The position numbers and the translations under genes are program-made. Of a stretch of 64,000 nucleotides of DNA, positions 39,241-47,688 are shown in pieces. Numbering within the stretch: the first letter of the stretch is position 1; each line of letters begins with the position of its first letter. Source of the DNA: Nitrospiraceae bacterium (GTDB taxonomy: Bacteria; Nitrospirota; Nitrospiria; Nitrospirales; UBA2166); NCBI GenBank assembly GCA_002726235.1, contig PBSN01000008.1, forward strand, positions 164,550 to 228,549, given 5' to 3'. Under the pieces are notes generated by a model, which worked only from the letters and a program-made list of their open reading frames with translations, was not told where the DNA came from and made no database searches.

Positions 39241-40548
39241 CTAATAGCGATAGTAATCGGGTTTAAATGGTCCTGAGACTGGCAGTCCTAAGTACTTTGA
39301 TTGCTCGTCTGAAAGTACGGTCAGTTTCACGCCTAGTTGGTCAAGGTGTAGTCTCGCAACTTCTTCATCGAGGCTTTTGGGAAGGACGTGAACACCAACA
39401 GGATATTTTTCTGTCTCGCTCCACAGGGCGATTTGCGCAAGAACTTGGTTGGAGAAACTATTGCTCATGACAAACGATGGATGCCCGGTGGCACATCCTA
39501 GATTCACTAACCGGCCTCTGGCGAGTACGATGATGGTCTTTCCGTCTGGAAAGATGAATTTGTCAACCTGAGGCTTAATTTCTATCTCGCTCACGTCCGA
39601 ACGATTTACGAGGTAGGCAATGTCGATTTCTGAATCAAAATGGCCGATGTTGCATACGATTGCATTATCTTTCATGGCATCCAAATGACGGCCATCAATG
39701 GCTTTCATGCAGCCTGTCGCGGTGACAAAAATATCTCCGATCGATGCGGCCTCATCCATTGTTACGACTTCAAACCCTTCCATCGCGGCCTGAAGGGCGC
39801 AAATTGGATCGATTTCAGTAACGAGCGCACGGGCACCAAATCCTCGTATCGATTGGGCACAACCTTTTCCAACCCCTCCGTATCCTGCCACAACCACAAT
39901 TTTTCCAGCGACCATGACGTCTGTGGCACGCTTTAGGCCGTCGACCAATGATTCACGGCATCCATAGAGATTGTCAAACTTGGACTTAGTGACGGAATCA
40001 TTCACGTTCATGGCTGGGACCTTGAGATCGCCCCGCTCATGCATTTGGTACAGGCGGGCGACACCGGTTGTGGTCTCCTCACTCAATCCTCGCATGGTTT
40101 CCAGAATTTCAGGGTGTTTCTGGTGAACGATGGCCGTCAGATCTCCGCCATCATCGAGGATCATGTTCAAGGGTTTTCCGTCGTCCCAATATAACGTTTG
40201 GTCAATGCACCATTCATATTCTTCCTCGGTTTCACCCTTCCAGGCAAAGACTGGAATTCCCGCAGTTGCCATGGCAGCCGCGGCATGATCCTGGGTTGAG
40301 AAAATGTTGCAGGAGGACCAACGGACGGTAGCGCCTAATGCAACCAAGGTCTCCATGAGCACTGCGGTTTGGATGGTCATGTGGAGACAGCCGGCAATGC
40401 GGGCACCCTTTAACGGTTGCTCTTTCTTGTGTTTGCGGCGGATTGCCATGAGGCCTGGCATTTCTTTTTCGGCAATTTCAATTTCTTTCCGGCCCCAGTC
40501 GGCAAGCGTAATATCAGCGACTTTATAATCCTGTGTAGCTGTCGTCAT
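39241..40548 (-). CDS. ahcY: Adenosylhomocysteinase
   Basis: [29 protein letters not shown] ... [14 protein letters not shown] ... [10 protein letters not shown] ... full-length SAH hydrolase. Confidence 0.97.
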   Translation of the reverse strand: MTTATQDYKVADITLADWGRKEIEIAEKEMPGLMAIRRKHKKEQPLKGARIAGCLHMTIQTAVLMETLVALGATVRWSSCNIFSTQDHAAAAMATAGIPVFAWKGETEEEYEWCIDQTLYWDDGKPLNMILDDGGDLTAIVHQKHPEILETMRGLSEETTTGVARLYQMHERGDLKVPAMNVNDSVTKSKFDNLYGCRESLVDGLKRATDVMVAGKIVVVAGYGGVGKGCAQSIRGFGARALVTEIDPICALQAAMEGFEVVTMDEAASIGDIFVTATGCMKAIDGRHLDAMKDNAIVCNIGHFDSEIDIAYLVNRSDVSEIEIKPQVDKFIFPDGKTIIVLARGRLVNLGCATGHPSFVMSNSFSNQVLAQIALWSETEKYPVGVHVLPKSLDEEVARLHLDQLGVKLTVLSDEQSKYLGLPVSGPFKPDYYRY

Positions 40549-40697
40549 TACGAAACGAACCCCCTTTCTGTACTTTGTTTGTCCTCATCTTGATCTCGGT
40601 GATCAAAACCACCCGCACACTCTGCCGTTTACGTGGCGGCCACGTCAACAAAGGCACGATTACATAGAAGAGGCTCTTGGCAAGTGGACTATGGACC

Positions 40698-40725
40698 ATT
40701 GTAACAGGAAAACCTATTAAACCAA
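40698..40725 (-). promoter_or_regulatory. Candidate sigma70-type promoter for ahcY
   Basis: The minus strand reads TTGGTT (40725-40720), 16-nt spacer, TACAAT (40703-40698). This implies a ~140-nt 5' UTR. Confidence 0.4.
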
Positions 40726-40915
40726 CCCCTGGCGCGGATGAATCACGTTGTGCATGGTGTCAGTACGCGACAATCTCCTATTAATAGGGCCTAGGACTCC
40801 TCTACATCTGAATATCTGGCATGCTCCGTTGTATGGCAGATAGGCAGTAAGGTATGATTGGCATCCGCTAGTCCTATTGCATGCTGCTTTTATTCCATGA
40901 GTCCACGAGGGGAAG

Positions 40916-41668
40916 ATGAAAGAGAAAAACATCCTGTTGGTCTTCATTCTGATCACACTACTGCTTGGAGGAGGTTCTGCAGCAGCATACAATGCAATAT
41001 TGATTGACCATGGAGCCACCGTCCGTGGCTATGTTACGTATACGGGTGTAGTTCCTGAATCCGATATTTACTATATGCAGAAAAATCCTCGGGTGTGCGG
41101 TCAAGCACGTGATGCAAAAGATGGAACGCGTTCCGTGTCAATGGTTCGTGTTGATGAGAGAATGCTTAAGGATGTGGTGTTGTATTTGGATGGTGTTACT
41201 GCAGGCAAGCCGTTTTCCAAAGACTTCTCAGATTTTTCTACATTTCGGTCTCGATGGTGCACCTGGGAACCACGGATAGGGGTTTTTGTAAATGGAGAGC
41301 CTATTACAATCGTCAATCTTGATTCTGTCGTCCACAATCCAATTGGATATGAAACTATTGGGCGTGCACGCCTGAATCACTTTAATGTTCCATTGCATAT
41401 GGAAGAGTCGCAATTTCACATGCCGGTGGTGTTACGTAAGGGGAAGGTGCTGAAACTTGAGTGCCTGCAGCACCAATTTATGCACAGTTGGATCTTTGCA
41501 GTTGATAATCCGTATTTCGCAATCGCTGGTGATCATGGCGATTTTAGAATAGGGGACATTCCTCCTGGCAACTATTCGTTAAACGCATGGCATCCTACGT
41601 TAGGCCACAAAAGCAAATCTGTAACGGTTGTGGCTAACCAGACCCTAGAGGTGACGTTTGAATTTTGA
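40916..41668 (+). CDS. Exported cupredoxin-like protein fused to a carboxypeptidase-regulatory-like beta-sandwich
   Basis: Signal peptide; VVHNP ... ECLQHQFMHSWI (H ... C-x2-H-x2-M spacing); then NPYFAIAGDHGDFRIGDIPPGNYSLNAWHPTLG. I remember this pattern from a family often annotated as methylamine utilisation or plastocyanin-like protein. GAGGGGAAG SD. Confidence 0.55.
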   Translation: MKEKNILLVFILITLLLGGGSAAAYNAILIDHGATVRGYVTYTGVVPESDIYYMQKNPRVCGQARDAKDGTRSVSMVRVDERMLKDVVLYLDGVTAGKPFSKDFSDFSTFRSRWCTWEPRIGVFVNGEPITIVNLDSVVHNPIGYETIGRARLNHFNVPLHMEESQFHMPVVLRKGKVLKLECLQHQFMHSWIFAVDNPYFAIAGDHGDFRIGDIPPGNYSLNAWHPTLGHKSKSVTVVANQTLEVTFEF

Positions 41669-42944
41669 TGACTCTCATCTGATTATTGCAACAACGATTT
41701 TTGCATTGACCTACGCTCTGATTGTTTGGGAGCGCTTTAACCGAGCAGTGGTGGCGTTATCTGGTGCGGTGTTGATGATTCTTTTTGGGATGATTACCCA
41801 AGAAGCGGCGATTCAAGGAGTAGATTTTAATACCATCGGCCTACTTGTCGGAATGATGGCCATGGTGACTATTTCTCGCCAGACGGGGATGTTTGAGTAC
41901 GTCGCTATCTTGAGTGCAAAGATGATGAAAGGAGATCCATGGGGATGTTTGGTGATGCTCTCTGTGGTGACGGCGGTGTTTTCCGCCCTTCTCGATAACG
42001 TGACCACCGTGATGTTAATTGTTCCAATTACATTGCTGGTCACAGAGGAACTGAAAGTATCGCCATATCCGTTTCTTGCCGTAGAAATTCTCGCTTCGAA
42101 TATTGGTGGTGCTGCAACGCTTATCGGAGATCCCCCTAATATTATGATTGGAAGCGCTGCTCATCTGACATTTATGGACTTTATCATTAATGTCGCGCCG
42201 CTCATGCCGTTTGTGTTTATTGCAACCCTTATCCCTGTTTGGTTTATCTTTGGGCGGAAGATGGCGGCCGATCCGAAGGATCGGGCGAAAATCATGCAGT
42301 TCAATGAGCGCGATGCCATCCGGGATATCGTGCTACTTCGCAAGTGTTTATGGGTCCTCGGATTGGTTGGGGCTGGGTTTATCTTTCAGCACCCTCTCCA
42401 TCTTGAAGCGGCAACGATTGCACTAACTGGAGCTGCGTTACTGTTCCTAATTAGCGGGGCAGATTTTCATGAAAATATTGAAAAGATCGAGTGGACGACG
42501 ATTTTCTTTTTTATTGGACTTTTTATTGTGGTAGCTGGCATTGAACATGCCGGTTTACTTACCATCATGGCGCAGTGGGTATTGGATGTGACGGAAGGGA
42601 GTCCTTCTGCAACCGTTCTCATGATCCTTTGGGTTTCGGCCGTCCTCTCGGCGCTCGTGGACAATATTCCATTTGTGGCAACTATGATTCCAATGATTAA
42701 GGAAATGGAAGGACCTTTTGGTGGAGAAGAAGCCCTTTTGCCGCTGTGGTGGGCATTGTCTATCGGGGCATGTTTGGGCGGCAATGGTAGTCTGATTGGG
42801 GCATCTGCAAATGTCATCGTGGCGGGATTTGCCGATCGCGCTGGTCATCCCATCGGCTTTATCCGCTTCTTACGGATTGGATTTCCACTTATGCTGCTGT
42901 CTATTGTAATCAGTACGGGTTATGTGTATTGGCGGTTTATTTGA
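41658..42944 (+). CDS. ArsB/NhaD-superfamily anion permease (citrate-transporter-like)
   Basis: FSALLDNVTTVMLIVPIT ... ASNIGGAATLIGDPPNIMIG ... SALVDNIPFVATMIP ... GGNGSLIGASANV are the duplicated hairpin motifs of this family. TTG start 11 nt inside the preceding gene. Confidence 0.85.
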   Translation: MNFDDSHLIIATTIFALTYALIVWERFNRAVVALSGAVLMILFGMITQEAAIQGVDFNTIGLLVGMMAMVTISRQTGMFEYVAILSAKMMKGDPWGCLVMLSVVTAVFSALLDNVTTVMLIVPITLLVTEELKVSPYPFLAVEILASNIGGAATLIGDPPNIMIGSAAHLTFMDFIINVAPLMPFVFIATLIPVWFIFGRKMAADPKDRAKIMQFNERDAIRDIVLLRKCLWVLGLVGAGFIFQHPLHLEAATIALTGAALLFLISGADFHENIEKIEWTTIFFFIGLFIVVAGIEHAGLLTIMAQWVLDVTEGSPSATVLMILWVSAVLSALVDNIPFVATMIPMIKEMEGPFGGEEALLPLWWALSIGACLGGNGSLIGASANVIVAGFADRAGHPIGFIRFLRIGFPLMLLSIVISTGYVYWRFI

Positions 42945-42998
42945 TTGGAGCGTTGGGATGGTGTTTCGATATGTACGAGGTTTGAAGGTGAGGACGAT

Positions 42999-43448
42999 AT
43001 GATTGTACGAGAAATCATGACAACCGATGTGCGTTTTGTGACTGGTGATATGACGATTGAAGATGCGGTCGGTATGATGCGAAAAGCGAAAGTACAAACG
43101 ATCCCCGTGGTTGGGCCGGATGGTCTTTTCGCGGGGATGTTTACTGTGAGAATGTTCTTAAAGAAAGCATTGCCCGCGTATATTCGAAGTGGAGATTTAC
43201 CGGATGTTCGATTTGCGCCAGACTTGCCGCAATTTCATGAAACTTTGAATCAAATGAGGACGGCGGCGGTTTCGACTGTCATGGACGTAAACCATCCCAC
43301 TGTGGTCGCGGAAAATTCTGCGCTGGAATGTGCTGCGTTGTTGATTAACACGAAGCGGCGTATCCGAAGTGTCCCTGTGGTCAACGCAGCGAATCAGTTG
43401 ATCGGGCTCGTCACAGGGTGGGATATCATCAAAAACCTCTATCAATAA
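42999..43448 (+). CDS. CBS-domain pair protein
   Basis: MIVREIMTTDVRFVTGDMTIEDAVGMMRKAKVQTIPVV and a second CBS repeat (VMDVNHPTVVAENSALECAALLINTKRRIRSVPVV). GGTGAGGA SD. Confidence 0.85.
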   Translation: MIVREIMTTDVRFVTGDMTIEDAVGMMRKAKVQTIPVVGPDGLFAGMFTVRMFLKKALPAYIRSGDLPDVRFAPDLPQFHETLNQMRTAAVSTVMDVNHPTVVAENSALECAALLINTKRRIRSVPVVNAANQLIGLVTGWDIIKNLYQ

Positions 43449-43517
43449 AAAATGGCTTCAGGATTCCTGACTTAATTCTGGGAGTGGAACTCAAGAAGTG
43501 GTGGTGGGGAATGAGAT

Positions 43518-43553
43518 GTGACTGCCCCTCAATTATTCATGAGAGGCAGTCAC
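43518..43553. terminator. Strong hairpin between the convergent CBS and CHRD genes (putative bidirectional terminator)
   Basis: GTGACTGCC (43518-43526) pairs perfectly with GGCAGTCAC (43545-43553), and four further inner pairs are possible. There is no U-tract on either side. Confidence 0.5.
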
Positions 43554-43575
43554 GCTTGGTGTGTGTACAAACGAT

Positions 43576-44517
43576 CTAGAATCCTCCTGCCAACGTTTCC
43601 ACGACTGTGATTTGGCCTCTGACTTCACCTGGAGGATGAGACTCGGTGTGTACGACGAGGTAGGCTTGGTCGATTCGCATACGTTCAACCAAGACAGAGA
43701 CTGGTCCACCGCTCAGTTCATTCAGCAACTGGTCTTCGCGCAAAGTCCCCGCACTCTTATCCCCGTTGTCTCTCCTAATGATCCCGTTAACAGGTCCTGT
43801 AGGGTCACCTATCGGAAACAGGAAGGCGCCAACTGGTCCGCCCGACTGTGCGAATCCAAGATGGAGATGGACTTGAGTAATTCCCTCGATATTAAAGCAT
43901 TTGACTTTGTATTTGAGATTCTTTCCCTTGGCTCTAAGCGACCCAATGCACGAGGCATCTGTTGATACCGTATCAGGCCGCATTTGGCCGCCGCTTAATG
44001 TCGCGATGAAGAACTCGTCAACGATGTTGGCGTCGCCAATTTCGACTATTTGGCCACGAACTTCCCCTGGCCGATTTCCCTCTGTGTGTACGTTAAGATA
44101 GACCTCACCGTTTTTCATACTGTCTGTGAGGTCGTCGATGGTCCCAGTGAGCACTATATCTTCACTGATCGTTCCTTTTGCGACAAGTCCATCAAAATCT
44201 TGTCCTTCAACCGGGCCGAAAATAAAAGCGGCGAGGTCCCCTACGTTATCTGCATCTCCAAGATGAAGATGAGCTGCGGTGACTCCAAGAATATTAAAAC
44301 ATTGAAGTTTATATGGTAATTCACCGTCAGCATTTGCGTCACTCACATTGAGGATACATTTGGCATCAGTGAGGACACCTTCAATATCATCAAAACCTTC
44401 CCCAACCTGTTGAGAGCCTGTTGCTGAGGCAATGAAGATCGCTGAGGCCTGACTTGTCATGCCAAAGACGATCAGTATGGACGCGAGCAACGCGGAGATG
44501 ACTGTTTTCTTCATCAT
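43576..44517 (-). CDS. Secreted protein with two CHRD domains
   Basis: Signal peptide. Duplicated motif sets: VTAAHLHLGDADNVGDLAAFIF / ITQVHLHLGFAQSGGPVGAFLF and YLNVHTEGNRPGEVRGQI / YLVVHTESHPPGEVRGQI. Perfect TAAGGAGG SD. Candidate promoter TTGACG-N16-CATACT (44610-44583, minus strand). Confidence 0.8.
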   Translation of the reverse strand: MMKKTVISALLASILIVFGMTSQASAIFIASATGSQQVGEGFDDIEGVLTDAKCILNVSDANADGELPYKLQCFNILGVTAAHLHLGDADNVGDLAAFIFGPVEGQDFDGLVAKGTISEDIVLTGTIDDLTDSMKNGEVYLNVHTEGNRPGEVRGQIVEIGDANIVDEFFIATLSGGQMRPDTVSTDASCIGSLRAKGKNLKYKVKCFNIEGITQVHLHLGFAQSGGPVGAFLFPIGDPTGPVNGIIRRDNGDKSAGTLREDQLLNELSGGPVSVLVERMRIDQAYLVVHTESHPPGEVRGQITVVETLAGGF

Positions 44518-44795
44518 AGCTACAACCTCCTTAACTTACCTGATTTCTTGTCACCATGCAGCCTGTTTGTTCGTCATGCTAGAGTATGCAATCCTTTATC
44601 CTGCCGTCAAGGAAAAGATGCTCGGTGAAGACGCACGGGAGACTTTACCCGACGGTAGATCCTCTAGTAGTAGAAGCACTTTGCTTTGGTTTGTGGGTAC
44701 GAAACTGTGATGCGCATTACAGTCAATTGTAGTGGCGTTCTCGGTCGATGTGACAAATTTTGGTGCTGCTGTTATCCAGCTTGTGACACAGGCGG

Positions 44796-45524
44796 TTAGG
44801 GGATGCTGTTTTCGGTCCCGATAGTGGGAGGGGTGCTTATCCAAGAGTCGGGGCTGTCACCGTTGCCGCGGAACGAGAGTGATTGCCCAGCAGGTGGAGA
44901 GGGCACAAAGGCCTCTTCCGGCCAAATGTTAGCTCCGACGGCTACACCTTGGCGAAAATGATTAGGTTCTCCCCACTGCATATAGTCAGTGATGAGATCA
45001 CTGTTTGCAAAATTATCATCCGCAAACCCGAATGGAACATAAAGGCCCATTTCCCCATGGGGAACGTTCATTGGGATTGGTACTTCAGGAAATGCGAAAA
45101 TTTCGTTTTCAGAATTTGTGCCACTGATTCCCCAGTTTACGATCAAGAAGGCGCCAGGTTCAATGATTGTGTTATCGGGTATCTGCGCGTAGATGAGAGC
45201 AGGAGTAGTATGGCACAGCCAAAATCCACTGATATCAGCGGATGCACGTGTTGGGTTGTGTAGCTCAATCTGTGAAGTCTCTGGGAAAATTTCGTTGATG
45301 ATGATGATTTCTGGATTTCCGGTGGCTTCGGTAGCCCCAGTATTACTAGTAGGGTTAGGAGCGCCGGTAGACTCTGTGCTGTTCGTTTGTCCGCTCACCC
45401 CGGTATCTGGCGAATTCAGATCAATATTTCCAGCATCACCGCATCCGGATCCAAACACGATAAGGGGTAGAAAAACGAGAATGGAGAACCGAGTGTGGCG
45501 TGTGGTTAGTGGAGATGCAGACAT
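44796..45524 (-). CDS. Lipoprotein with a lamin-tail-domain (LTD)-like fold
   Basis: Lipobox IVFGSGC and a low-complexity S/T/G/N linker. IIINEIFPETSQIELHNPTRASADISGFWLCH resembles the LTD core. Confidence 0.65.
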   Translation of the reverse strand: MSASPLTTRHTRFSILVFLPLIVFGSGCGDAGNIDLNSPDTGVSGQTNSTESTGAPNPTSNTGATEATGNPEIIIINEIFPETSQIELHNPTRASADISGFWLCHTTPALIYAQIPDNTIIEPGAFLIVNWGISGTNSENEIFAFPEVPIPMNVPHGEMGLYVPFGFADDNFANSDLITDYMQWGEPNHFRQGVAVGANIWPEEAFVPSPPAGQSLSFRGNGDSPDSWISTPPTIGTENSIP

Positions 45525-45531
45525 GCCGTCT

Positions 45532-45554
45532 TTTTCAAATTAATCTTTTGAAAA
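45532..45554. promoter_or_regulatory. 8-bp inverted repeat (candidate operator) in the LTD/SCO divergent region
   Basis: TTTTCAAA (45532-45539), 7 nt, TTTGAAAA (45547-45554). It starts 8 nt from the LTD gene start codon and overlaps the -35 of the predicted SCO promoter. Confidence 0.3.
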
Positions 45555-45575
45555 GTGGTCCTGGGAAAGTATACT
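45548..45575 (+). promoter_or_regulatory. Candidate sigma70-type promoter for the SCO-HEAT operon
   Basis: TTGAAA (45548-45553), 16-nt spacer, TATACT (45570-45575). Confidence 0.35.
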
Positions 45576-45597
45576 ATGATGGTAGTCTGGCAATGGC

Positions 45598-45609
45598 GTG
45601 AGTACTCAC
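45598..45609. promoter_or_regulatory. Perfect 12-bp palindrome in the SCO 5' leader
   Basis: GTGAGTACTCAC is its own reverse complement. It lies ~23 nt downstream of the predicted -10 and 38 nt upstream of the SCO start. Confidence 0.3.
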
Positions 45610-45646
45610 TCCTACTCTATCAGGAAGTCTACGATACTACGACATT

Positions 45647-46288
45647 ATGAAAAGTACAAACTCTAATGCATCTTCGATAACACTTACGTTGGGTATATAT
45701 ACTGCGTGTATCGGCTTTTCCTTGGTCATTTCTGGAGGGAGTGTAGCGATTGGATATCTTCAACACGATGAAGATATCTTGATAAAGGCTGGTCAATCTA
45801 TGCCAGTTGCTGGGGCAGAGCCTCTTCCGGATCTTCCGGATGTAACCCTGACTACTCAGGATGGTCAAGCGGTTCGTTTTCACGATCTGTTGGATAACCA
45901 GCTTTCAATCATTAACTTTATCTATACTTCGTGCAGTAATGTATGTCCTCTTACCACTGCAAATTTTGTCCAACTAAAACACCTAGCGAGTGATCTGGAT
46001 TTCCAAATGATTTCCATTTCCATCGATCCGAAACGAGATACCCCAGCGCGTTTGCAAAAGTTTATGCAAGTCCAGGGTGCTCTGTCACCACGTTGGACAT
46101 TTCTCACTGGGTCGTCCCGTGCAATTATGCCGTTGCTTGGAGGCTTTGGGTTTTACGATGTTGCAGTTGATGATCACTCGCCCGGTGTGGTGATCTGGGA
46201 TGGGAGGAATATGCAGTGGACTCGCCTCGTGAGTCTTCCGCCTCCCCACATTTTACTTGAGGCATTGCAAAAGTTTTTTCCGGGGTGA
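45647..46288 (+). CDS. SCO1/SenC-family copper chaperone / thiol-disulfide oxidoreductase
   Basis: N-terminal membrane anchor; thioredoxin-fold motif INFIYTSCSNVCPLTT (CxxxC) and a downstream DHSPGVVIWD histidine. Confidence 0.85.
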   Translation: MKSTNSNASSITLTLGIYTACIGFSLVISGGSVAIGYLQHDEDILIKAGQSMPVAGAEPLPDLPDVTLTTQDGQAVRFHDLLDNQLSIINFIYTSCSNVCPLTTANFVQLKHLASDLDFQMISISIDPKRDTPARLQKFMQVQGALSPRWTFLTGSSRAIMPLLGGFGFYDVAVDDHSPGVVIWDGRNMQWTRLVSLPPPHILLEALQKFFPG

Positions 46289-46305
46289 CATTGGGGGTGA
46301 CATTG
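46282..46305 (+). repeat. Perfect 12-nt tandem duplication at the SCO/HEAT gene junction
   Basis: GGGGTGACATTG (46282-46293) is followed immediately by GGGGTGACATTG (46294-46305). Copy 1 carries the SCO stop TGA (46286-46288). Copy 2 carries a second in-frame TGA and an SD-like GGGG(T)GA directly before ATG 46306. Confidence 0.95.
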
Positions 46306-47589
46306 ATGAGTAGGCTGATGGCAGTGGGGATCGTTATGATGTTAATGGGGTCTGTTTGCTTGGCTCATGCCGATCAGATGGATGACGTTGTCCAGACTCT
46401 AATTCGTGAAGCGAGTGAAGAATCTTTAGAGGACGTTGAATCTACACTGCTGAGGCTTGGTCCCATGGCTGTCGATTCATTAGTTCGCCTGCTCGCATCA
46501 GATGATAACGCGTTGCGGATGACTGCGGTTCGTGTGCTCGGAAGTATGGACCATACCATTGATGAGAAACTATTTCAGGCACTTCGGGATGATAGATGGA
46601 AGGTGCGAGTTGCTGCAGTGAGCGCATTAGCACATCATCAATCCGAGATGGTTGTAAAACACCTCCTCACCAAACTGCACGATTTGCACCCTTCGGTTCG
46701 TTCCGCTTCCGCTAGAGCACTTGGACGGATTGGAAATGCTGAGGCGATTGACAGTCTTATCCTGGCGCTACAGGACGCGCAACGGATAGTGCGCAAGAGT
46801 GCTGCAAAAGCTCTCGGACGAATTGGGGATCCTCGTGCAATAGTGCCGCTGATAGCGATTCTTCAAGAGGGTGGTGTCGTACAGAGGGAGTCAATGCGTG
46901 CATTGGCACACATCGGTCCACCTGCAATTCAGCCGCTCTCGGCAATTGTTTCCGATGGGAATCAAAACGCTTCTGTTCGACAGATAGCAGCGTTGGTATT
47001 GAGGGAAATCGCTTTACTGGAGCGTGTGACTTCGATAGCGGACAGTGTTCCTGCTCTTGGTGTTGGGTTGAGGGATAACGATGCTGGCGTCCGTCAGGCC
47101 TCTGCTGATGCGCTCGTCATTATTGGCCAGCCCGCCGCCGATCTTCTGCGTACTGCGTTGCTGAACGATCTAGATCCAGGAGTGCGCGCTGAAGCTGCAA
47201 CCATCTTTGGACGTAGTGGTTCTGCCACAGCTTGGTATGCGGAAGCTGTGGACGCGCTAATTCTTGCACTTGCTGACCAAGAGGAGCATGTTCGTGTTGC
47301 TGTACGAACGGCGCTTATTCGGATTCATGTCATTGCGCATGGGCAACTTGTTGCTGCATTGAATGATAAAAACCCCGTTCGCCGGATGGGGGTAAGTGAG
47401 GTGCTTGGTGCCATTGGGCACCGTGGGTCAATTCAGCCACTTGAGACGCTTCGCAAGATCGAGTTAGATCCTGCCGTTCGAACGTCTATTGAGTCGGCTT
47501 TGGAGGTGTTGCATGCGAAACCAAGCGCCAAAATGCCATCTCTCCCCTCTCCATCAACCTTGAAAGGTTCTCGTTCAAGCGGGTTTTGA
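46306..47589 (+). CDS. Periplasmic HEAT-repeat (PBS-lyase-like) protein
   Basis: Signal peptide MSRLMAVGIVMMLMGSVCLAHA. At least 8 repeats of the pattern D..VR..AA.ALG.IGD..A...L (e.g. VRSASARALGRIGNAEAIDSLILALQD, VRKSAAKALGRIGDPRAIVPLIAIL). The alternative GTG 46285 start would add VTLGVTL. Confidence 0.8.
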   Translation: MSRLMAVGIVMMLMGSVCLAHADQMDDVVQTLIREASEESLEDVESTLLRLGPMAVDSLVRLLASDDNALRMTAVRVLGSMDHTIDEKLFQALRDDRWKVRVAAVSALAHHQSEMVVKHLLTKLHDLHPSVRSASARALGRIGNAEAIDSLILALQDAQRIVRKSAAKALGRIGDPRAIVPLIAILQEGGVVQRESMRALAHIGPPAIQPLSAIVSDGNQNASVRQIAALVLREIALLERVTSIADSVPALGVGLRDNDAGVRQASADALVIIGQPAADLLRTALLNDLDPGVRAEAATIFGRSGSATAWYAEAVDALILALADQEEHVRVAVRTALIRIHVIAHGQLVAALNDKNPVRRMGVSEVLGAIGHRGSIQPLETLRKIELDPAVRTSIESALEVLHAKPSAKMPSLPSPSTLKGSRSSGF

Positions 47590-47688
47590 AGGTAAGGTAG
47601 TTATTACGAAGGCGGTAGCGCTTTCGTGTGTGACGTGCGCAGGATGTGTTCGGCACGTGGGTGGTCATACGGCACTCTGACTGTACGA

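Noticed and set aside
40549-40690. Canonical SAH riboswitch call for the ahcY leader
   Set aside because: Only a loose resemblance to one conserved strand is present, and the partner strand and pseudoknot elements were not found. I kept it as a low-confidence structured-leader finding rather than a feature.
40717-41019. 100-aa minus-strand ORF across the ahcY/cupredoxin-like intergenic region
   Set aside because: It overlaps the start and signal peptide of the better-supported plus-strand gene and the ahcY promoter. It has no SD and no recognisable features.
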